A DNA stretch of 23,833 nucleotides. Source: an uncultured Thermococci archaeon (GTDB lineage: Archaea > Methanobacteriota_B > Thermococci > Thermococcales > Thermococcaceae). The DNA is taken from NCBI GenBank assembly GCA_964615185.1, contig CAZTOS010000032.1:1-23833 (forward strand), read 5' to 3'. The translations under genes were made by a program, and so were the position numbers. The notes under the pieces were generated by a model. The model was not told the origin of the DNA and made no database searches. It worked only from the letters and a program-made list of their open reading frames with translations. Of this stretch, positions 16,706-23,833 are shown one piece after another; the stretch's first letter is position 1; each line of letters opens with the position of its first letter.

Positions 16706-17856
16706 TTCTTTATCATTATCTTTACCATTAAAACTCCCATACAGTTTGTTCTCTTAACACCCAACAAAAGTGGAAAGAGCCCTATTAGTGATGCCGTCAT
16801 CAAGACCAAAATCCCTATCCATCCATCAAAATAAAAGGACAAAGAAACCATGAACATCATCACAAAAAGATTCAGAATTCTGTAATTCACACTTGAAACA
16901 AGGATACCAAAAATTTTAGCTAATTTTAACCCATAAATGTTTACAAAAGAAACTGCTGAAATACTCAATAAAATAAGGATTAGCACCTCCTTAGAACTTA
17001 AATTGTAGTAGCTGTCTCTTATTACAACCATAATTCCATTTCTTGCCCTTCCGGTTATGTAAAAGTTAAAGAGAGAGAAAAAGAAGTTGGCAGTATTCAC
17101 AGAAAATGAGATAGTCAAAAAGGATCTCTCATCCTTTGATATAAAGCTTCCCATTAATGCTGCCTGAGAAGATGTAAAAGCAGGAAGCAATGAAGCAAAC
17201 ATCCCTAAAAATGTGCCCAATAGAGAGAAACCTACCAGTGATGATGTTTTCATTTCAATGGTATCACGTCCTAACTGGATTGTATCAGAGTCTTTGTAGA
17301 GAGAGTACAATATGGTAGGAATTCCAAACAATCCTACAAAAACATGGAAATAGGGCTCTCTAAGGGGCAAATAATCAATAAGTATTCCGAGAACCCCTGA
17401 GATTAAAAATACAAAGAAAGCAACAACTTTCTTTATTCCTTTTTCTGTTAAAACTAAAAGAATAGTCAAGAACAATATAAAGCACTTCCCGATTTTTGGA
17501 TTATATTGCGGAGCCAAAATAAAGTAAAGGGGTAAAAAGAGAAATGCAAAAATTACTGCTAAAGAGCTGGCTTTTAAAGATATATTGATAACCTCAAGTG
17601 CCCTTCCCTTTAAAACCAGCTTGTGAGCCGGTAGAACACTCAGTAATGTGTCTTCATCAGGAACTCCAAAAAATGTTGAGGGTATTGGATCCAAAAAAGT
17701 ATGAATCAATCCCATGGTATACACAAATATCACGAACCCAAATCCCTTGAATTTATTAAGGGCATGCACCATAGATGCTACCGTATTAACATGCAAACCT
17801 GGTGTAGCCCCTGTTACTGTTCCCGCTAAGACTCCGAGCAAAAATTCTCCAAGCAT
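16702..17856 (-). CDS. Archaeal TctA-like (DUF112) membrane permease
   Basis: GATPGLHVN, HTFLDPIPSTFFGVPD, LSVLPAH, GRARNG, GVKRTNCMG; about 11-12 TM; GAGGGGAG RBS within the upstream gene. Confidence 0.88.
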   Translation of the reverse strand: MLGEFLLGVLAGTVTGATPGLHVNTVASMVHALNKFKGFGFVIFVYTMGLIHTFLDPIPSTFFGVPDEDTLLSVLPAHKLVLKGRALEVINISLKASSLAVIFAFLFLPLYFILAPQYNPKIGKCFILFLTILLVLTEKGIKKVVAFFVFLISGVLGILIDYLPLREPYFHVFVGLFGIPTILYSLYKDSDTIQLGRDTIEMKTSSLVGFSLLGTFLGMFASLLPAFTSSQAALMGSFISKDERSFLTISFSVNTANFFFSLFNFYITGRARNGIMVVIRDSYYNLSSKEVLILILLSISAVSFVNIYGLKLAKIFGILVSSVNYRILNLFVMMFMVSLSFYFDGWIGILVLMTASLIGLFPLLLGVKRTNCMGVLMVKIMIKN

Positions 17857-19031
17857 AGATCTCCCCTCGAATATATCTCAAGTGCTGGCATTCCTCTGTA
17901 TTCGGTGTAAACTCCAAAAGCCATTATTGTGTGGTTCACTCTTAACTCGACATTTAAGGATTTTCTAAGCTTTATCAAAATCCAGCAACCGTTATTTGTA
18001 ACATTTGCCAGACCAAATCCATTTTTGTAAATTTTTACCCATGAGATATTTCCCTTAATTTTTATTATACCCTTCCGATTGGGTGCGCATATTGAATTCA
18101 CAAGCATCTCTCTTGGAAGCTCAAGTGAACAATTTAAACACAAAAGAGAATTTTCCCTTCTTAGAGCTTCAAACCTAATCACATCACCGGTTCTTGCTGA
18201 ATATGAATACAGTTTTAAGTGCGTGCAGTTTAAACTTAATCCTCTTCCCGCTCTAATAATCTGGCAGGTTCCATATGCTATATCCCCAATTCTCTCTTTT
18301 CCAATAGGTATTTTTTCGGCTTTTCCAATGATTTCAACATCTTTTCTGCTGCTAACATAAAGGGTAAGTGTGGAATATAACTTGGCGATACCCAAGACTT
18401 TAACTCTATCTCCAAGTTTCAATGACATCCTATACGGAAGGTATACCCTAACCTTCTCTCTTCCGGTCCATAATAGGGAAGGGGTTCTGTTATCTATGAC
18501 TGTTCCAACAATAAGATATGGATACCCCTCTTTAGGCTTTTCCAGAAATCTTTTAGCTGTATAGTTAAAAAGATAGAACGTATGCCCATAGAATAAGCCC
18601 TTAGCTTCAATTTCGATACCCTTTGGAATATCCAAACACCTATTAAGCCTTACTCTTTGAGGTGTTAGGATGTAACAGTTGTGATCTTCCCAATATGTTC
18701 CAGAAAGAGAGGTAAGATTTAAATTTTCAGAATTACCCTCTTTTATCTCAAGTGGGTATATACTTTTTTGAGCTGTATTAAGCAGTTTTCCCCGAACTGT
18801 GTACACTTTACCTTCACTTAGATTTTTGTAAATTACAACACTCTCGATTCCATTAGTAATTATGCTGAACTCTCCTTTAGAATAAACACAAAGCCCAGTG
18901 AAAACTGTGATATCTCCTTTTTTGGCATTATCAATGCTAATATCGCTCTGATGCCCAATATGGTACACAAAAACAAGATGGATAAGAGTAATTACAATCA
19001 ATACTATGGTTGATACTTTCTTTTTAACCAT
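17826..19031 (-). CDS. N-terminally anchored extracellular protein with repeated OB-fold-like domains
   Basis: KKK plus hydrophobic N-terminal anchor; repeated beta motifs (EGKVYTVRGKL, KGIEIEAKG, LGDRVKVLG, TGDVIRFEA, GVYTEYRGMPALEI); 9 N-glycosylation sequons; many Cys. Confidence 0.75.
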   Translation of the reverse strand: MVKKKVSTIVLIVITLIHLVFVYHIGHQSDISIDNAKKGDITVFTGLCVYSKGEFSIITNGIESVVIYKNLSEGKVYTVRGKLLNTAQKSIYPLEIKEGNSENLNLTSLSGTYWEDHNCYILTPQRVRLNRCLDIPKGIEIEAKGLFYGHTFYLFNYTAKRFLEKPKEGYPYLIVGTVIDNRTPSLLWTGREKVRVYLPYRMSLKLGDRVKVLGIAKLYSTLTLYVSSRKDVEIIGKAEKIPIGKERIGDIAYGTCQIIRAGRGLSLNCTHLKLYSYSARTGDVIRFEALRRENSLLCLNCSLELPREMLVNSICAPNRKGIIKIKGNISWVKIYKNGFGLANVTNNGCWILIKLRKSLNVELRVNHTIMAFGVYTEYRGMPALEIYSRGDLCLENFCSES

Positions 19032-19102
19032 GATAGAAAGTAAATTTAAAACTTTAAAAAGTTTTCTATCTTGTCCAAATAATGTTGCACCAAACTACTG
19101 CC

Positions 19103-19867
19103 TCAAACCTGAAGTTCAATTCCTGAATCTGTTATTTCATAGGGCACCCAAGAGAGAACATGCTTTGTTCTTCTCATACCATACACTCTTAAATATCTTC
19201 TTAGTGTCATGTTTTCTTCCATTAACCTCATCTCAATTATTCCATCAACAATTGCCTTAACCATCATTTCAACATGAGGCTCCTCAATTCCAGAATTCAT
19301 TTCAAGTATCCAAACTTGCTTATTTTGACGGGCAAGCTCCTTTAAGTCTTCTAAAAATTTATATATTTGTTTTTTATTGGTTTCAAAAAACACAGGGGTC
19401 AAAGAGGAGATTACTCCACTTATCATAGCAGGATTCTTCTCTGAGAGAATTTTCAGAGTTAAATCTTTTATAGCACTAATGAGCTGGGTAGTATCTGCTA
19501 TGTCCGTTATGACTGCCTCATCAAATGAAAACCTTGGAGCACCCCGTAATCTACCACTATATGCATCCAGTATGAAAAAGCTCTCTTCCAGATACGGCAT
19601 GAGATCCCAGCCAAAATCAAGTGCATTACTCATAAATTCATACTTTGAGATATCGACAAGTATGCCAATTGTAGGATATCCCATGGTAAGCTGAGTATGT
19701 AGGAACTGCGTGATGAATGTAGTTTTTCCAGATTTCGGATCCCCTATAAGTAGGATAACACTGCCTCTGGGTATTCCCCCCATGATGAGATCATCAATTA
19801 TTCCTGTTGGAATCCTTTCCACGCGTTTTTCGATTTTTTCATGCATTTCAAAGAGATTTTGGATCAA
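19103..19867 (-). CDS. KaiC/RAD55-like RecA-superfamily ATPase, degenerate Walker B
   Basis: RIPTG, Walker A GDPKSGKT, VDGIIEM, RYLRVYGMR. Probable TTG start at 19867 after GGGGTG RBS (alternatives 19882, 19846). Confidence 0.87.
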   Translation of the reverse strand: MIQNLFEMHEKIEKRVERIPTGIIDDLIMGGIPRGSVILLIGDPKSGKTTFITQFLHTQLTMGYPTIGILVDISKYEFMSNALDFGWDLMPYLEESFFILDAYSGRLRGAPRFSFDEAVITDIADTTQLISAIKDLTLKILSEKNPAMISGVISSLTPVFFETNKKQIYKFLEDLKELARQNKQVWILEMNSGIEEPHVEMMVKAIVDGIIEMRLMEENMTLRRYLRVYGMRRTKHVLSWVPYEITDSGIELQV

Positions 19868-19902
19868 ATTAAAGCACCCCACATAACTCTAAAAAAGATT
19901 AA

Positions 19903-20652
19903 TCAGTATATTTCTCCACTTGGGTAAACAACTATTCCATGACTCGTTATTTCAAATGGATACTTCCTCATTGAATGCTTTGTTTCACGCATTTTCCTAA
20001 TGAGCAGGTACCTTTTCAGCTCTATGTTCCTCTCCTGAAGGTCAAGAATTACAACGCCTCTGGCTATATACTCCTCAATACCATATTTGCTTATCCTTCC
20101 CGCATTTGGATCTGGAGCTTCAGTTGTTAGGATGGTTGTGACACCCATTTCAAGAAGTATAGTGTTTAATCTCAGCAAGACCTCTCTAATTTGTATTTCC
20201 TCTTTAAGTCTAAATGCTATCGAAGGAACAGAATCAATTACTAATCGTTTTGCGTTTATAGCCTTTACTACTCTATAAATATACCGAAGGAAATTATCTA
20301 TGTTGAATTTATCCTCAAGGGCGAATCTTTCTTCTGATGGCAAACCTACACTTGAACTAACACCGTCAACAATAGCAATCAAACCTTGTTCCTCATACTT
20401 TTTAAAATCCCAACCAAAAGAACGCATCTCTCTCCTAAGATCTTTTGCTCTCTCTTCAAGAGTGACAAAAACTCCAGGTTCCCCATATTCCTCTGCACCT
20501 TTATATACAAATTGAGCTCCAAAGGTAGTCTTACCAGTACCAGTACTACCAGTTACCAAAACAGTTGTATTTTCGGGGAACCCTCCTTCAATAAGTTCAT
20601 CAAACCCAGGAATACCACTTTTAACTCTTTTTACTACATAAGGTTCAGTCAT
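19903..20652 (-). CDS. KaiC/RAD55-like single-domain ATPase (PH0186-like)
   Basis: SGIPGFDELIEGG, GSTGTGKT, TLEE, LVIDS, IRKMRET, YPFEI motifs; GGTGA RBS before ATG 20652. Confidence 0.92.
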   Translation of the reverse strand: MTEPYVVKRVKSGIPGFDELIEGGFPENTTVLVTGSTGTGKTTFGAQFVYKGAEEYGEPGVFVTLEERAKDLRREMRSFGWDFKKYEEQGLIAIVDGVSSSVGLPSEERFALEDKFNIDNFLRYIYRVVKAINAKRLVIDSVPSIAFRLKEEIQIREVLLRLNTILLEMGVTTILTTEAPDPNAGRISKYGIEEYIARGVVILDLQERNIELKRYLLIRKMRETKHSMRKYPFEITSHGIVVYPSGEIY

Positions 20653-20925
20653 CTTAATCACCTAATGATATTGATAACTATACCATCCAGCTTTTATTAA
20701 ATTTATCTTTCCCCTATTTTGTTTTGTGACTAATTTATTTTTGGACCATTAATCAATATAAAATTTTTGGAGTGAAGTTTTCTGTTTTCTGCACCCTCGT
20801 TGCTAATTCTTCAAAGTTTAAAGAATATCCACAAAAAAGAAAGCAATGAACGTACTACATTACTCTGCTTGCTTAACAGCATAAGAGTTTTAATATCAAA
20901 ATTGACAATTCCTTAAGGTGAGGTC

Positions 20926-22116
20926 ATGCTTGATCCCTTTGGAAAAAGAGCAAAAGAATTGCTAAAGGAATTTGAGAACATTAATAATTTCCTTGATGTT
21001 ATTCCCAATTATTTGGACATAAATCTCGCATTAGAGCGAGTAAACTGGTTAAAAGATGGTATAGTACCCGAATACATCTTAAATGCAAATGATTGGAAAG
21101 ATATAATGGGATTCTATGCTCTTTTGGGAGCTCTTGCATTTTCTCCATATGGATTCGAAATGGAACTTGTAAAGGAAGCAAATCTAAAGATTTACCTTAC
21201 CAGAATTGAAAAAAATAGAGATTTTGAAGAGCTTTCACTTCATATTGAGCCGGTAACGGAGGATGAAATACCTCAAAGGGATCTGACAATAATTGAAAAG
21301 AGACTTCACAGTGAGATTTCTCCAGAAGATAAAGAAAAACTTGCCCTTAAGTATAAAATCAAGCTAAAAGAGTTTCTCAGTTTAAATGAAGGTAGTTTAA
21401 AAACTGTATATATCAGGAAAGGATATGCGTATCTAAATAGAGATCAAGTCATAAACCTCTGGAAGAAATCTTTTGAAAGAAATCTTGAAAAAGCTGTCAA
21501 TTTACTGTATGAACTCAGAGATGAGCTCCCTCATTACTACCTTGAGCTCTATAACCGATTAAGTGAAATTGCAAGGGAATGCTTTAAGAAAAAGATTGAA
21601 AGAACGGGTAAAACAAGTGCTCAGCCATTAAGATTTGACTTGTTTCCTCCATGTATTAAAATCGCCCTCGGAGGAGTCCCCAGTGGATTAAGAAACTATG
21701 CTATAACTGTTCTGTTAACATCATTCCTGAGCTATGCCAGAATATGTCCAAATCCTCCAAGTAAAAATGTGAGAATCAAAGACTGCATAAAAGACCTGAG
21801 TATAATTGAAAAAGAAATCCTACCAGTAATAATTGAAGCTGGAAATCGCTGTTCCCCTCCGCTTTTTGAAGACCAGCCAAACGAAATCAAAAACATATGG
21901 TATCACCTTGGGTTTGGCTACACCTCAAAGCCCAGATTGGAAGACAGCGGCACCTCCACTTGGTATTTCCCACCAAACTGTTCAAAAATTAGGGCAAATG
22001 CACCTCAGCTCTGCAAACCAGATAAGGATTGCAAATATATCAAAAATCCCCTCACTTATTATTTAAGAAAGCTGTACTTAGAGAGCAAGAGTCAAGGAGA
22101 GGATGGAAATGAGTGA
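20926..22116 (+). CDS. priL: DNA primase large subunit
   Basis: MLDPF start, FPPCI, GVPSGLRNY, RCSPP, YFPPNC, LCKPD, KNPLTYY (Fe-S domain); coupled to priS. Confidence 0.96.
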   Translation: MLDPFGKRAKELLKEFENINNFLDVIPNYLDINLALERVNWLKDGIVPEYILNANDWKDIMGFYALLGALAFSPYGFEMELVKEANLKIYLTRIEKNRDFEELSLHIEPVTEDEIPQRDLTIIEKRLHSEISPEDKEKLALKYKIKLKEFLSLNEGSLKTVYIRKGYAYLNRDQVINLWKKSFERNLEKAVNLLYELRDELPHYYLELYNRLSEIARECFKKKIERTGKTSAQPLRFDLFPPCIKIALGGVPSGLRNYAITVLLTSFLSYARICPNPPSKNVRIKDCIKDLSIIEKEILPVIIEAGNRCSPPLFEDQPNEIKNIWYHLGFGYTSKPRLEDSGTSTWYFPPNCSKIRANAPQLCKPDKDCKYIKNPLTYYLRKLYLESKSQGEDGNE

Positions 22117-23146
22117 GCTTTTCAGGGAAGTTACAAAGAAAGAGAGACAGCTCTACTACACAAAGGAATGGAGCGCTAAAAAGCTCCCATCATTTATTAT
22201 AAATACCCTCGAAAATAGAGAGTTCGGCTTTGACCATACAGGTGAAGGTCCAAGCGATAGAAAAAATGTGTTCCATGACGTTAGGGATTTAGAAGATTAC
22301 GTTAGAGCAACTGCACCTTATGCAATATTCTCAAGTGTTGCACTTTATGAAGAGCCCAGGGAGATGAGCGGATGGCTTGGAGCAGAGCTTGTTTTTGATA
22401 TAGATGCCAAAGATTTACCTTTAAGGAGATGTAACCATGAAAGTGGAACTGTTTGTCCAATTTGCTTAGAGGATGCCAAAGAGCTCGCAAAGGATACATT
22501 AATCGTTTTAAAGGAGGATTTTGGATTTGAAAATATTCACATTATATACTCCGGTAGAGGGTATCATATAAGGGTGCTCGATGAGTGGGCGCTTGAACTT
22601 GATTCTAAGGCAAGAGAGAAAATTTTAGCATATATATCTTCGGCTGAGGAGGTTACATTTGAGGACGTCCAAAGCAAGAGGATAATGTTGTCCTCTGGCT
22701 ACTTCAGAGTGTTCCGCCTTCGCTTTGGATACTTTATAATGCGTGTTAGATACAATCATCTCAAAAACATTGGATTAAACAAAAGGCAGATTAATTTGAT
22801 TCTGAACAACAAAGAAAAAATCTACCAAGGATTCGTTAAAGAGGCACGACTTACGGCTTTTCCACAAGGTGTAGGGTATAAAACTCTCCTTAGACTCTTT
22901 GCATTATCAACTACATTCTCAAAAGCATACTTCGATGGTAGAGTTACAGTTGACGTTAAAAGAATTCTAAGAGTTCCTTCAAGTCTTCATTCCAAAGTAG
23001 GGTTAATCACAACTTATATCGGAAGCAATGAAAAGAAGCTTGAAAAGTTTAATCCATTTAGAGATGCAGCGCCAAAGTTCAGAAAAGAAGAGGTCAAACA
23101 AGCATATGAAGAATGGCTCGAGAATAATGAGCTAAAGAGTGAGTAG
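22103..23146 (+). CDS. priS: DNA primase catalytic (small) subunit
   Basis: REFGFD, ELVFDIDAKD (DxD), Zn motif C-H-C-C, YSGRGYH, DVKRILRVPSSLH. Alternative start at 22109. Confidence 0.97.
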   Translation: MEMSELFREVTKKERQLYYTKEWSAKKLPSFIINTLENREFGFDHTGEGPSDRKNVFHDVRDLEDYVRATAPYAIFSSVALYEEPREMSGWLGAELVFDIDAKDLPLRRCNHESGTVCPICLEDAKELAKDTLIVLKEDFGFENIHIIYSGRGYHIRVLDEWALELDSKAREKILAYISSAEEVTFEDVQSKRIMLSSGYFRVFRLRFGYFIMRVRYNHLKNIGLNKRQINLILNNKEKIYQGFVKEARLTAFPQGVGYKTLLRLFALSTTFSKAYFDGRVTVDVKRILRVPSSLHSKVGLITTYIGSNEKKLEKFNPFRDAAPKFRKEEVKQAYEEWLENNELKSE

Positions 23147-23149
23147 AGA

Positions 23150-23786
23150 ACGGAAATTTCAGGGAGAATTAAAATAACAGTCTCAATGCTAATCTGGGGA
23201 AGTGTTGGGATTTTTGCAAGGTTCATAAATTTAAATGGATTAAGGGTCACATTAGGAGCTTTAATTTTAGCACCCTTGTTCAGCATAAAAGGTAAATCTT
23301 GACTTCAGAAGGTTAGTGATGATACCAAACTTGGTATTCTAATTTCAGCATAAGTTTCTTAAAGAAAAATCTTGAAGTTTCAATTTTTACTGATTCTGAT
23401 AGCCTTTTTAGGCTTGATTATAATAATGAGCGAGCAAAAATGAATTTTGAAAAACAGAGATTTTGTAGGAGCCGTATTCGCACTCATAGCAGCAGTTTTC
23501 TATGCAATGATTCCGAATCTGGGTAGGTTTTTAAAAGAAGTGAAAAGTGACATAGTAACATTTGTTCAGCTGTTTATATCTTCTGTAATCCTGATTCCTT
23601 TCGTCCTCTACGGTAAAATATTCGTTGGAAAGATTAACTGGTTTGCCGTTGGAATTTTAGTAGCTGTGCACACTGTTTTTGCGCTCTTTCTGTACAGGGA
23701 CGGATTAAAAAGCGTTAGTTTCTACTGTCAGAACAGTGATAGGAGGAGTTCTGATATTATCAACATCCCTATTAAAGCAGAGATAG
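23150..23786 (+). pseudogene. EamA/DMT family transporter pseudogene
   Basis: Fragments: (ACG)EISGRIKITVSMLIWGSVGIFARF...RVTLGALIL...* ; NRDFVGAVFALIAAVFYA...HTVFALFLYRDGLKSV ; and in another frame TVRTVIGGVLILSTSLLKQR* (TAG 23784-23786). Internal stops, frameshifts and apparent deletions. Confidence 0.85.
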
Positions 23787-23833
23787 GCGAGAGGGCTATA
23801 GCCCGCCTTCTGTATTAAGGGAGCATTCGACTG

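Noticed and set aside
19103..20652. KaiC-like genes as a circadian clock
   Set aside because: Single-domain proteins, no kaiA/kaiB in the window, and no canonical ST phosphosite pair (EEYIA, EMMVK).
961..23286. Many short antisense or alternate-frame ORFs in the track (e.g. 961-1266, 2784-2987, 5398-5724, 7876-8157, 15416-15832, 19377-19694, 23014-23286)
   Set aside because: They lie within or largely overlap well-supported genes, lack RBSs and motifs, and have shadow-ORF composition.
23316..23400. Perfect C box GTGATGA with downstream CTGA as a second C/D sRNA
   Set aside because: No properly spaced D'/C' boxes, AT-rich guides, and it lies within EamA pseudogene sequence.
23785..23808. Palindrome GGGCTATAGCCC (23793-23804) with flanking AGGCG/CGCCT
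   Set aside because: At the window edge, single copy, and could be the end of a neighbouring gene; no function can be supported.
23447..23818. 123-aa ORF as an intact gene
   Set aside because: Internal fragment of the EamA pseudogene; its tail comes from a frameshift.
1..23833. CRISPR array, tRNA or rRNA genes
   Set aside because: No regularly spaced direct repeats, cloverleaf or long GC-rich structural RNA segment seen by eye.

Overview
Archaeal genomic window, almost certainly Thermococcales, judged from Tgr/TrmBL1, PriS/PriL, GGTGA-type RBSs, TATA/BRE promoters and AGA/AGG-dominated Arg usage. From recall, gene order resembles the T. kodakarensis glycogen synthase-Tgr to primase region. 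Intact genes: small membrane protein, hypothetical, MazG-YbaK fusion, HIT hydrolase, glycogen synthase, Tgr, UPF0146, phosphopentomutase, MBL hydrolase, OPT transporter, M20 peptidase, an accessory DUF4855 + surface glycoprotein pair, a small Cys-rich protein, two RNA methyltransferases, a TctA(DUF112) / extracellular OB-fold / two KaiC-like ATPase cluster, and priL-priS. Features the ORF track misses: a dual-guide C/D box sRNA (14171-14232, minus) apparently targeting 16S rRNA, a TGM operator over the tgr start site, an orphan CGP-CTERM tail, a frameshifted methyltransferase remnant, a 35-bp IS200/IS605/IS607-type end hairpin splitting a permease gene, and a decayed EamA gene. The most interesting candidate system is the TctA + surface OB-fold (+ KaiC-like ATPase) module, a possible archaeal DNA-uptake unit. 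All family assignments come from motif recognition and memory; no searches were run.
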